A stretch of 64,000 nt of DNA from Antedon mediterranea. Lineage: Eukaryota > Animalia > Echinodermata. A program made the translations under genes and the position numbers. Each line of letters starts with the position of its first letter. Within the stretch, counting starts at the first letter, position 1. Under the pieces are notes generated by a model, which saw nothing but the letters and a program-made list of their open reading frames with translations, ran no database searches and had not been told where the DNA came from. The DNA is taken from NCBI RefSeq assembly GCF_964355755.1, contig NC_092680.1, forward strand, positions 16,625,045-16,689,044, read 5' to 3'. Positions 38,067 through 51,033 of this stretch are shown here, piece by piece.

Positions 38067-39585
38067 CATTTTTTAAATAAATCGAATGTAAATCAACGAC
38101 ATTTTGCAAGAAATATAAAAATGAGTTCCATTGCAATAATTTGTTCCCAAAAGATTGGTCAATGTGTATACATTTATGTAGCGTGACTAGAAACCAAATG
38201 GTCAATATAACATTAGGAGAGTGAAAGTATGTTGAAATATTAGTACTAAAATGGATTTTATCTAAAAACATTACATTTTAATGTATTCTGTCCAACCATA
38301 TATCTAAATAAAGCAATGATTGTACTGAAATCCAAATAAAAGATTGCCGCATATAGTCCAATGAGAGTTGAGAAAATAACATAGGAAATGCCTAGGGAGC
38401 ATTATTGTTTTTTTCTATTATGTTATGGCAGAAACTATAGAGGGCGTGCATATATCATGAATATTAATGTATGTGTTTAGCCCTATATGGTTTCTGCCTT
38501 AACCTGATAGGAAAAAATAATGCGCCTGGGGAAAATTCTAGCAAAGGAAAAGTGAATGAACAAAGAAAATGTAATGCAATAAACAATGCGTGTCGATGTT
38601 GATTGTAATAGTCTTGATGTTCTGCAAGAAAATGCCGGTTGTTCATAAATTGCATATCAGTGGGGTTTTCAATAATAAAGTCATCTACGCACGTTTTAAC
38701 TTGATTTACGATGATTGGCATTGACTACCATATACCCTTGGTTTTCATATCATCATTACAATTATGAAGATTAATTATTTGAGTTTCATACAAGATCTGT
38801 TATCGAACTAGAAAAAAAACACACAAATCGTACGGCTATCTATTATCAGGCATTAGGCATGGGCAATGCGTACTTTATTGTTCGATTGCAGATTTTTTTT
38901 TTTATCAAACATGTATGGAAACATACCCCCATAATGCAGTTAGTAATCAGAACAAAGTTGATTCTTGATCTAACCAGGTACCCATTTATACACCTGGTCA
39001 TAGACTTGGTTCTTGGTCATTACAAACAAAACCCCGAAGAGTTGCAGGGGCCGATGCAAGCGCGTACACCTCCATTATTAGCTATTCTTGACAGACTATG
39101 AATGGCATATTACTGTATCCCCTCGTTGAAAAACAATATTGGATTATGACTTACGATATTAACTCTTTGCGACGAAGAACCACGGCCCCCGCAGATATCT
39201 GCGTTAAAATCATAAAAGTACATACCGACAAAAATATCATAAAATATGCGTACACAATGGATCATTTTCATTGTGTACTGAGTAATCAATATCAATATTA
39301 TATGCACATAATATGAGATAGCTATTACACGTTTTACTGTTGGTTTATGATTATTTGTAGAATGTATGTAGAGCGTACATAATAAGAAACAATTTTAAAA
39401 GTAAGGTAATGTCTCAATAGTAAAATAGTAGACGTGTAGGCCTACAAAGACCGTTTTATCATAAATGTGTCATTGTCAATTTAAACTATAGTGGTTTTTT
39501 TAAGGTTATGCAGAACATACGTTTGTTGCGTCGCACTTTATAATAATTGTCGCACTTTGTAACAAATGTTCTTATGATTCACTTA

Positions 39586-39985
39586 AGCTTGGTTCCCACT
39601 TGCGAAGCAACACAACTTAAGTAATTTGACCAATCACAAGCGATGGATTATTCGAACAGTGGCTTGCATTGGGCGTACGTCCTTGCGTTACGTCTTAATT
39701 GGGAACCACGCTTAAGCGTGGTTCCCACTAGCGACGCAACACAAGGACGTAACACAACGCAAGTGAATTGACCAATCACAAGCGATGGCTTATTCGCTTG
39801 TGATTGCTAACTGTCTATAACTTCGCTTGGCATTGGTTAAAACGCTTGCGTTGAGTTTACCTCCTTGCGTTACGTTCTAGTGGGAACCAAGCTTTAAAGC
39901 TACAGACGCAACGCAAGCAGGTCGAACTTGATTGGTCAGATCACTTACGTCACATTACGGCCTTGTGTTGGGGTTCTCAAGTGAG
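39586..39985. mobile_element. Cluster of abutting MITE family 1 copies (39586-39712, 39715-39893, partial third)
   Basis: gggaaccacgcttaagcgtggttcccact junction joins two TIRs back to back. Confidence 0.9.
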
Positions 39986-40348
39986 AAGCTGTACAATAAA
40001 ACCGAAGACAACAATTTTAAAACAATTTTTTAATATCAGTAAGCAATCTCTTAAGTTCAAGAATACAGATGCCACATACAGTACAATAATTGTTATAAGT
40101 GTTATACCACGTACAGCATTTTACATATACAGTTGTCAGTATTACCATATGTGTTTATTGTCAGTCTGTATGTCTGTCTGTCTGTCCGTATCCGAGCACG
40201 GTCTTGGCCACAATTTAACTATTCGGGATCTCGAGAAGTGCCGATTGTGTTTTACTAAAATATATTATTTTATTTCCCAGATTATTTAAGCTAGATCCCA
40301 AATTCGAATCGAATAGCAGGAAAGCTAACATTGCTGTGAATGTTTAAA

Positions 40349-40514
40349 AGCTTGGTTTCCATTAGAAATGCAACGCCGCAAAGACGTACACGCAACGCAA
40401 GCAAATTGACCAATGACAGCCACAGTTCAACTAATCCATCGCTTGTGTTTGGTCAAATCACTTACATCAAATCACTTTACGTCATTACGTTGTGTCCCTA
40501 CTAGGAACCAAGCT
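40349..40514. mobile_element. MITE family 1 copy
   Basis: agcttggtttccatt ... taggaaccaagct. Confidence 0.85.
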
Positions 40515-43500
40515 TTAGTTGTAAATTTAAATTAGAAAGCCCCACTGCCCGCAGTATAGATTTAAGCGGAAAATCCACACTGTCCCCTGTTCATGGCCTC
40601 ACAAATTAACAGGTCAAAAATAAGTTGTCATCTTTAAAACAAAAAAGCTGTCAGACTGTCCAAAGCTCTCATTACATATTGTAGCACTACGTTGTTTTAA
40701 ACAATATTGTCCAATTAATTTTAAACTGTACAGAACTAAATTCCATTCGTAAATAATAGTATTAATATAATTAATATAAATAATGCTTCTCTTTCTAAAA
40801 ATCAATAATTTTATCAATAATACAGTATAATAATAAAGAACATAAATATGTGAAATATAAAGTAATATTGATAATAAAGATATTGCACAATGCCGCTTTT
40901 TTGGTTTAGAAAAGTTTGTTGTTGTTGCTATGAACGTTTTTAGTTTCAATAAAATATCCTCTGTATGTGAGCACGTGTACGATTCTCAGTGTTGTCACAT
41001 GAGATGCTGTATCAAGGAATTTGCCTATAATACTGGAGAAACTCTCTCTCTCACTCTCCATGTCACACGCCCATGATAGCCGTAGGCCTACACCTCAATT
41101 CTAAACATATTAACATTCGTATGATAAAATTGTCTTAAATCTATTATTCATAGGAAATACAGTACTTTGTACCTACGCAATAAAAAAAAATACGTGGGAT
41201 GATTTTCTAAAAATAGTGATAGGAAATTACAATTACAATACTATACGGTTAAATAGACTTAATAATTATTACTGTCGTGAATACCACCACGAATATGAAG
41301 CGCCGATCTCCTGTGCTCAATGCTCATGGCTATTATATACCTGTACTTATACAGTACCTATACAGAATAGACACTTATGCCTTAGTACAACTTATAGAAG
41401 GCTACGTTCCATAAGTTCTAAATACTAAATAGGAATTACACCTCGCAATGACCGTGACAATCAACAAAACGTATGATGTCTAAACGTAATACCTAATGTA
41501 TTGATAACGTAATAATACGTAATGTATTTCTTGATAAAAAAAAATAAGTATAACCATAGCTATATTTACATAATCTTAGCGTAAAATTCGAAATGCTAAA
41601 TTACGTCGTATATATAGACCACGACTGTGATGCCTAATGAACACATGGTCGGAGAACGGTCCACGACAACGTATTTTAGGTATTTAGTCTTATTTATTTA
41701 TAATAATTATAATAATTATAATTATTATTATTTATGTCTTTTTATTATTATATTTATTAATCGATTATGGAAATAGATAAAACATAGGCCTAACCCATGC
41801 GCAATTTTAAACAAAATCGAATTTTCGATCACCACACTGGAAACCCTACGTAATTTCTTTTTTTGTTGTTGTATTAATCCAGAAAAGTTAGGCTTTATTG
41901 AACATAATGGTTAGAAAACGACCCAGACAAAGTATTTAGGCCTACGTAATTTATTTATTTATTAATCGATAATGAAATAGATAAACCGGCCGTACAGTGT
42001 TCGACCTACGTAATGGCTTTAATGTACAAATCGATAGTGACAGATTGACGTTGTGAATAGCATAGACAATTCAAATAGCCTACAAAACATTATCCCCAAT
42101 ATCCAATTCATGTTGCGTCAATTATGCGCTAAGTCAAGATGTAATGCACTATAGCATAGACTTTGAATGATTGAACAATAAACAGTCGATGTGTTACCAC
42201 AAGTTAACGTTCAAGGCTTACACTGCAATATAGCCTAGGCCAAATTTTAAAAGAATCTAAATTGTGTTTGATCCAAGATTTTCCTTTGAAACTACCACAA
42301 TACAGTAATTATCGTAAACTTAATTATTTGGATCTTATCACAGATTCTTTGGAACGTGCTATCTTAATTTCTTACACGATCCTTGTGGTCACGTGGTTGC
42401 TATTGTATATAATTGTAGACGTTGCATTATGTATTTCACGTTTAAAATAAGAAAGATAAACCTATTATGTATGATGTCTATAGATTGTATTATCATGAGA
42501 CGCGTCTAACATAAATTGAAATCAGAACGATATATAACAATTGAACATGTAAATTTGCTGAAATGTTTGCATTCGTGCTTAAATTTGTCCGTACCAAATT
42601 GTCGGCTTTAACTTTAAGAACCTGCGCACGTGTGCGTTGCGACTGGCGATGAGTTGTGAAGAGGGTGAAGTGTATGAGGCGCCAACCGTGCAAAATGCGG
42701 TTGGTGTGTGACACCACCAATTTTAAAACCTTTCATTAACACTGGCGACAAATAGTTGTTTCCAAAAGTGTGCCAGTTTTCTCTGTCTGTTTACCGTTAT
42801 CGTTTTGATCTACGAATTTTCTTTTTGTCTCCTTTGATATCCAACCACATTTCCCACATCAATTTTGTTTTTTGGATTTGAACTAGAAATTTTCTACTTC
42901 TAATTTACGAACATTAGATTTGTCATCATCAATGTGGTAGTAATGTTGGCCAGTACATCGCCAGTAAATCTGATTGTACGCACGCGCAAAAGGGATAACA
43001 TTCACATCTTTCAAAAAACCCCCAAATCAATTACATCTCAGAGCCTCGGGTTAATAATAATTTTGACAACACATCATAAACAGTGATCTAAATTCCAGGA
43101 CATACGTAAATGTTTAAACAATGATGTATAAACTACTCTGCGCTTGTTTGAAATTGTAAATATTCCGCAACATTGGCGTCCCACGACTTAATGAATTATA
43201 AATTAAAAGGTCATTAATCATTAAATAAAACTTATACACAAAAAAACATGTAGTTATTGTAACTACAGAGAGTTGAGTGAGTCAAAGTATTATTTATGTA
43301 GGATCTGATTTGTATAGGCCTATTGTCAATTGGCAAGAAAATATACAACCCAAAATTAATTATTATACCTGGAATAGTTTATGGGAAGTTCAAGAAGTCA
43401 TCATTCTATACCGCACACATCTCTAAATTTTAAAATGTAGGCCATTTACACTAAATAAATAGTATTAATTTTAACATGAGTTATTTTACATAAATTATAA

Positions 43501-44527
43501 AAGTAAACGATCGGTCACCACTGATTATAATAATCCTGAACTTGCTAATTTCAGAAAAAAATAAACAGAGAGGGAGCCGATTTATAGCTACATCTACCAA
43601 ATAAAGTAGGTGTAAATCGGGTGTTTTTGTACTAAATAATGATTTTATATGTATGTTTATTAAATTATTATTGTTTATTCTAATGAACTGTAATTCTGGC
43701 ATTTAACTTAGACTCGAATTTAATCCAATCACAATTACCAGCCCGGTAGAGGCCATGCTTCAGAGGGACCTGGCCAGGTGGTTCTTGGTTCTTTTATTTA
43801 GTTGTTAGGCCTAAGCCTATCGAATATTCTTTAATACCATCAAATAATCTATATTACGAAATGTACCTTGCTTCAATGAAACTGGGTATTGGTGGTTTAT
43901 TCAGATTGTTTTTGAACTATATAGAATAAATGAAATTACTTTCACGGTAAAATCACAGTTTTAGCACATATCTACCATGAAAAATTGGGCTAATTGTCCC
44001 TGTCACTAAGTGCCTTTGTGCAAAGTAGCTGTTTGAAATTACAGTATTATTAAAATAAATGTATATTGTAGCATATTCCCAAAGAGAAAGGTACTTTAAT
44101 GTTCGACCGAAAAATCTTATAAACAAACTAAAAAAAACTATAGGTTTTCAGAGAAATTATAATTATTACTATTGAAACTTGTTGAAGGACTGTCACACGC
44201 ATGCGCATAATGTCTGTGTATAAGTGCCAAAAACGTCCCCACTTACTGGTGTAGTGTGGCTAGTTTGTATTAGGTTTTCAAGGTTTTTTTTTTAAATAAA
44301 CCTTTAACAATCTTGTCCCCATCCTCGTCACCTTTTGCTTACACTAGAAAACAAAACAAATATTAGTACAATAGGAATACATCTACAGTAGCGTACAGTA
44401 AATACTAAACAAGTAACAGATACTTCTTTTTACTTCGATGAATGTTAAATGTTTTTTTCATAGGTTTTTTCTTTCTTTCTTTCTCCGCAATTACTTGTCT
44501 TTCAAATTGAAACTACATTCATTTAAT

Positions 44528-45853
44528 TCAACAGATTTGGTTGTCTGAGCTTGACAAAATGATGTCTGGAGATTTTAACTCATTTTCATTCGCGTGCGGG
44601 TCCGATATCTCATTTTCTTCAACGATTTTACCTTTAAAAACAAACATTTGTGAGTTTGATTTGTTTACTCGTGGAGAATGATCATTGAAAGCCATAGCAT
44701 CCAGAGCTGCAGTCACTGACGAAGAGTTACTTGGGAGCGCACTACTTCCCATCACGCTTCCATGTCTGTTAAGCAGAGCTGATGATGATCCGAGTATGTT
44801 TCCTCGACAATACGAAGTACTCTGCGTGCTCTCTCGCGCAGGATGAAAGCGAGAAAATGTCGACGATCGCTTAACGCATGGAAGTAACTCGGAGACATTC
44901 TTTTTAAAGTTTTCACCAACGAATGTATATATAAACGGATTCACACAGCTGTTAGAATAGCTTAATGAAATAGACAACGCGTGTGATATCACGTGTGCGG
45001 GACCGGAAACCTGGGAACCATATGGACGGAGAAAGGTGACAAGCTGCGAGGTGTAATAAGGTATCCAACATATTACAAACACAACTACTACGGACATTGT
45101 CAACACTGTGACGCGTTTTGACGCACGATGGTGGGTTGTTCCGCTCGCCATATCCGAACCTGCAGGAAAGTTTGGACTGCGCATTTTGAACAGAAGAGTG
45201 GAATAACAGATTGACATGATAATGAGAGGTATTAAAAATCCAAACACAAGACCAAAAATGCCATAAGTAGTTTGATTGATAATCTTATTTTGTTCTTGAT
45301 GGTCAATAATAATGCTACAGTAACGGTCCTCTCCATCATACATGACCTCAGCAAAAATCCAATTTGGTAAACTAAACATAAAAGATAAGATCAACATTGA
45401 AACACAGATAATCTTTGCAAATTGGCGCGTGCGATATTGCATTGAAGAGAGTGGGAAACAAATCGCAAAATATCGATCAATGCTCATAGCCGTGACTATG
45501 TAAACACTAGCAAATTGGTTCAGGCCATCTAACCCACAAGCTAATACACATCCGATGTTACCAAAGGGCCAATGTCCGGTAACTGATTGATACACGTGAA
45601 ACGGTAAACTGCAAAGAAATCCAAAATCAAATAATGCTAGGTTAAATATGTAAATATTAGGTATCGTTCGCATATTTTGAAATTTAAATAAGATAAAAAT
45701 CACAATTCCATTTCCCATCAATCCAATAATGGCGATCAGCGAATTTATTATTGGCAGGGTGTAATACTGTAGCCACTCGTACTTATGGTCCGTATTATTG
45801 TAATCGTAGTAATAGTAATTTTCAGAGTAGCTTTCATCATCTTGACCATCCAT
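44528..45853 (-). CDS. Class A GPCR, somatostatin/allatostatin-C receptor-like (441 aa, single coding exon)
   Basis: Seven TM helices; motifs GN, NIYIFNLALFD, WPFG..C, DGLNQFAS (SSTR-type D3.32), MSIDRY, GFLIPL..CY, CWIPYY, SYSNSCVNPFIY..F; N-glycosylation sequons in the N-terminus. Confidence 0.93.
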   Translation of the reverse strand: MDGQDDESYSENYYYYDYNNTDHKYEWLQYYTLPIINSLIAIIGLMGNGIVIFILFKFQNMRTIPNIYIFNLALFDFGFLCSLPFHVYQSVTGHWPFGNIGCVLACGLDGLNQFASVYIVTAMSIDRYFAICFPLSSMQYRTRQFAKIICVSMLILSFMFSLPNWIFAEVMYDGEDRYCSIIIDHQEQNKIINQTTYGIFGLVFGFLIPLIIMSICYSTLLFKMRSPNFPAGSDMASGTTHHRASKRVTVLTMSVVVVFVICWIPYYTSQLVTFLRPYGSQVSGPAHVISHALSISLSYSNSCVNPFIYTFVGENFKKNVSELLPCVKRSSTFSRFHPARESTQSTSYCRGNILGSSSALLNRHGSVMGSSALPSNSSSVTAALDAMAFNDHSPRVNKSNSQMFVFKGKIVEENEISDPHANENELKSPDIILSSSDNQIC

Positions 45854-46145
45854 GCTTTGCTCAATACAATTACTATATTATCTTATTTTGTTAATCGAAT
45901 GCACAATAGTCCCGACAGTGGTAATTAAGATTCTGCTAAGTTTGCATCGTCTTAGTTTCAAATCAGTGAAGACATTGAGAATATGTTTACATTTCGTATA
46001 TAAACACTTGAAAGGTGTAGAGAACGACCAATAGCATTGAAGACAAACTGCATCGTCTATGTCACGTGATCAAATTCCGTTCATAACATTTTACTTTACA
46101 TAATCGATAACTGCTGATATGTGAGTTAATCGACGGCCCAGTAAC

Positions 46146-47719
46146 CTGATGATACAAAATATCAATAATAATGTAAAAATAATTGAAGCCTACTACATTG
46201 TATAAAATATTATAAAACTTACACAATAAAGTATCGGTACAAAATCATTTAGGAATAGGCCTGTTATAATAGCAGGCCTGTCGAGGAATGAATCACACTC
46301 ATGTGGACCGAGCTCTGTATAAACAAATACATATCTACCGCATACTGCAAATACACGAGACGATTGTACATGTTAAGTGAAAGATTCCACTCTTCCACTT
46401 CAGCAGATAAAAGTAGTGGTTGTATCAGAAATTCCGAGTTTCTGGTAAGTTTCAGGAAGGATAAGGTTAAGCCATCGAAATTTTTAGATGACTTTTTCCA
46501 AGACACTGAGGTATTCATTTCTGCACATCATTACAATAATATTGGTAATGGGTAATGCACATAATATAATACATAGGCCTATTTGATACCAAAGCAAATT
46601 TACAATAAAATAAAATTGTCGTCTTCGGACCACCGTACGTACTTATGAAAATAGCATTAACATGTGGAATATTTTCTACCAAGCATGCACACACCACCCC
46701 TCCCCTTCTTCCGTAAACACGCAGTCAAGTGTAAATTTCTATCGACTCAATGAAAATACATATAAAAACTTGCGATTCACCTGACATAATTATTATATAC
46801 CATTAGAGAATAAAGATTTCTTATAACTTTGCATTAACTCTTTGTATACTCGTATAATATGTAAGTGGCGACCGAAGATATTTCAGAGGGTATTTTTACA
46901 CGTTCTGACATAAGGCTTTTGGATCCTATCAGACTCAAGCTCTGTCTACACTATCAAACTTTATGTGACAAAATAATGTGAATTGCCCATGGACATGATG
47001 ATGTCATATCACTACCATATTTGGGCGGCATAGCACTACCATATTTGGGCACATCACACTCTTTTTGTCAAACTAGTTTGGTCATGTAGACAGAGCTTTA
47101 CTTAAGCATTCCCAATCTATAAATCAATCACTTACATCATAACACATTTATAATTTGATTTTGTTTTTTGTGATTATGATTATGACAAAGTGATGATTGT
47201 GATGATTATAATAATATTGATTATTATTATGATAGTTATGATAGTACCTGCAATGATGATGTGTATACTGATATTGGTGTGTGTATTGGTGTTGCTGATG
47301 ATAAATATGATGATTCTGTAATGTGTAATTATGAATATGTGATGGTCATTTGTAATGATAATAATTATTTTTTCCGAAATACGAAAATACGAAAATTAAT
47401 TTTGAAATTATCACTTCGACTAGAACGTCAATAACAGTGATATAATTAATTAAGAAAATGTATTTAATAAACATGTAATTATTGATGCCAAGTTACGGTG
47501 AGGACAATGACCATAAAGATAGTAATAGTAGTTGCGATGATTTGTTAACAAAAAATGAATAAATTAAATAACCCACGTAAATTGATATTCCATGAAATGA
47601 TTAGAGACAAAATAATAAAAAAAAAATTGTAATATGCAACGGATGATTGGATTAAAATGAATATTAATTAAAGCTGTAAACTATAAATAAACAAGATGAA
47701 TATACATAAAATAACTTAC
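46146..47719 (-). other. Putative 5' UTR intron of the GPCR
   Basis: Minus-strand donor gag|gtaagt at 47719 and acceptor ttttgtatcatcag| at 46146. Confidence 0.45.
46938..47097. mobile_element. MITE family 2, best-preserved copy (Harbinger-like)
   Basis: TIR agctctgtctaca / tgtagacagagct; flanks tca and tta. Confidence 0.88.
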
Positions 47720-48049
47720 CTCAATAATTATGTCTAGCAATGATTAATACGTATATAGTCCAGTTAAGGTACTACAATGAGAGAAAGGTAGCGAAATACA
47801 CATGAAATCTTTTGCGTATAGTTGATCAAAGATAACGCTTCTTCAAGTACCGTACATACTTTTGTTAGACTATGTCGGATCAGAAGTGAAGTCAATGAGA
47901 TGAGGCAAAAGTATTTAGTGCGATGCAATGCAAGAGCTAACGCCCAACATACATGCAGCAGCACGGCGGCACGGTCACTGAAGTTGTTGCGCAGTATTTG
48001 AAAGACACGTCGCTCTCTCTGTCCCTCTTATTGCTGATGATAATTTCAA

Positions 48050-48115
48050 TATTCCCACATTGGCTAATTGCAACTCCCAATTGGCTCAGCACTAGATAAA
48101 TACGTCAAATCTACA
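48050..48115 (-). promoter_or_regulatory. Candidate GPCR promoter elements
   Basis: Two attggct (CCAAT on minus) motifs and a tacgtca CRE-like site just upstream of a relatively GC-rich putative first exon. Confidence 0.3.
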
Positions 48116-48762
48116 TATATACTACAATCCATAACTCACTCATGATTAGCTGTAGCGTGTTAGTTCACAATCGCTACCATACATTTCTATACTGCAATTT
48201 TATCTTGTATCCAATTAAATTATTGCTTTTATTATACATCGACGCAAACGTCACCGGCTTTCCATTAATATATTTCTTTAATTTCATCCCGTTGACGACG
48301 GTATATCCAAGTGGTATAGAAATTTATTTTCAAGAATAAGACTAATAACAAAATAAGCTAAAATACAACTCAATTATTATACTAATATTCTATATTTGTT
48401 TTTATTTAGAAAATTTGTTTGCTTTGTAAAATAATTTTTGGAAATCGGATATGAGTGATTATTATTGTGATTACAAAAATAATAAATGCATGACGTTAAC
48501 TTTAATTACAGTATTATCATACATAGATGAATGCGTCTTCTTGATTGTATAATTGTTTCTTATTTGTTTATATTTACAGAATATCTGATACACAGCTTAA
48601 TGTTTGTTTTACAAACAGGGTTACAGTAAAACACAAACTTTTGGGACACCTCTAATTAACGGACACCCCTATTAATTAGATACTTTATCCTAAAACGAAC
48701 ATGTGGAAATATATGTTTTAACACTGCGGCCACCCCTATTACCCTAACTCTTCTAATAGTAA

Positions 48763-49026
48763 AGCGTGGTTCCCACTAGCGACGCAACACAAGGACGTAA
48801 CGCAACGCAAGTGAATTGACCAATCACAAGCGATGGCTTATTCGCTTGTGATTGCTAACTGTCTATAACTTCGCTTGTCATTGGTTAAAACGCTTGCGTT
48901 GCGTTTACGTTCTTGCGTTACGTTCTATGGGAACCAAGCTTAACTGTCTTTAATTTCGCTTGTCATTGGTTAAAACGCTTGCGTTGCGTTTACGTCCTTG
49001 CGTTACGTTCTAGTGGGAACCAGGCT
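48763..49026. mobile_element. MITE family 1 copy with tandem duplication of its right half
   Basis: Full copy 48763-48940, followed by a repeat of the last about 85 bp; outer flanks taa/taa. Confidence 0.88.
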
Positions 49027-50414
49027 TAACCCACTACGCTAATAGTAATCCCACCCCCCCCCCCCCTTTCTAATAGTAACCCACCCTAAAAAGCAATCAA
49101 AGAATAATAACCCAGGGTTACAATTAGAAGATTGGCGGGTAGGAGTACATTGTTGGGTCCCGAAGATATAATTAAAACATTTAAACTAAACATAATACTG
49201 GACAAATAAGTTAAAATATATGTTTGTTATTCTTCTGTAGGCCTAGCCCAGATCCTAACTTTTTTTTAAAAGGTTGGCGTTAAACTAGTAGTGGTTTGAA
49301 TATGAGCTGTCACCATTTAAAGGCTATGGCCATTTTTACACCTATCCGAGTTAAATCTCAATGAGGATTATCTACAACAAACATTATAGAAAAGTATTGT
49401 TATAGTATCAACGTATTATATATTATTGAATATTATAAGGCGGCTACATTGTAGTGCCAGCCTCAAGTTTACAGAATGTAACATTTCTTCTTTTTATGAA
49501 TTTTTAAGAAAATCGATATATGGCTTGATGTGTAGACTCAATTCAAGTGAAACTTGTTTAGTCGCCGGGTAGAATGACATCCTGAGATAAGTAGTAGTAA
49601 CTAGTACAGTCTTGTTTATCTTTAATTAATGTATATGTAATTTGACTTTATGGACCAGAAATTCCGAAATAAAAGAATGAATGAATAACACAGTACATCC
49701 TGTATGTGAATTTGAAGCAATTCACTTACTTTTCTGCAATGGCACATCTTACTGTGTCGGTCGGTCGATTGGTCGGTCGGTTGGTCGGTAAGCATTAACT
49801 CGAATTTGAGCACGCGACTCCAGTCATGGCCTTGTTTTTTTTTTCAAATAAACCAGAATTGATTCGAGCATAGCAACATTATTGATTATGTTGAAGAAAA
49901 TGATAAAGGTGCGAGTGGATTTCTTTCAACTAAAGTGATTGATTGAACAGATCTATTGATCAATATGATGGATTGACCAGAAATGTTATAGATTGATCAG
50001 AAGCTACTACTTGGAAAGGATTTTTCGTTGATCGACATAAGCTCTTAAGACGTCAATCCACTTAAGAGTAATGGAAAACACAGACGAGAAGCGTCGCCAC
50101 TGTATTATTGTGTGGGTTATAATTATTATAAAAACGTAATTATTATATTGTCGATCGGGAATAGACCTAAAAAAAATATTATCATTACTAATACTACTAT
50201 GTTTAAAGTTGGGGTATTTTGATATAATATCGATTCTGATAAATACAATTATTTTAAGTTTAAGCTCCACATTCTCCCATCCATATATCTTTCTTATTAG
50301 ACCTAGTGATAGTATTATTAACAACAATTGTACGCACGCGCATCAGAAATCAAATTGATACGCGCTCATAGACAAAAAAAAACGATCCCATCGGGTTTTA
50401 ACTACACCATGAAA

Positions 50415-50487
50415 GCCCCCAGTGGTCTAATGGTTAGGACAGCTGCATATCAAGCAGAAGGTCCGGGTTCGAATCTCGGTTGGGGCG
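50415..50487 (+). tRNA. tRNA-like cloverleaf (ATC at the anticodon position), probably a SINE head or pseudo-tRNA
   Basis: Acceptor gccccca/ttggggc, D arm ggtctaatggttaggac, anticodon arm ctgc-atatcaa-gcag, T arm ccggg-ttcgaat-ctcgg. It has mismatches and no adjacent poly-T terminator. Confidence 0.6.
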
Positions 50488-50889
50488 ATTCTCATTCTCA
50501 CAGATTTCCTCATCTTGTCGTTTCAGCACAACTTATATATAGACTAAATTTGTATCATTATGCAGGAGACATGCATTCTTCGAACTGAAATTATTTTTGG
50601 AATTACTAACAACGGCCAACCGTGTAACAGTAGAAGATTCAATCGATGTGTCTTATGGAATGAAACACTGAATACACAACATTATAAAATACAACATCTT
50701 CAAAATAAAATGTTACAGCGGATGTCAGGTAATTTCAGCTTAATTAATAGATTCTTCCGACCCGTTTAATATTCAATTTCATTTATTTTGGTATCAGGTC
50801 CATGTCAAAACAGACACAACAAAATTGAGCTCCAACATAAAAAAAATATCACTATAGAAATATTCTATGAAGAACTAGGAATGCATCTA

Positions 50890-51033
50890 AAGTTATGTCT
50901 ACGGTATTAAACTTTATGTGACAAAAAAATGTGATGTACCCATTATATGAACATTATGACGTTATATCACACCCATTATTCGGGAACATCACACTTTTTT
51001 TTGTCAAACTAGTTTAATATTGCAGACAAAGCA
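50890..51033. mobile_element. MITE family 2, degenerate copy
   Basis: aaactttatgtgacaaaa...ttgtcaaactagttt core. Confidence 0.78.

Noticed and set aside
48017-48040. REST/RE1 site near the GPCR promoter (ctgtcc...tgctga)
   Set aside because: Spacing and the second half-site deviate from the consensus; too weak to call.
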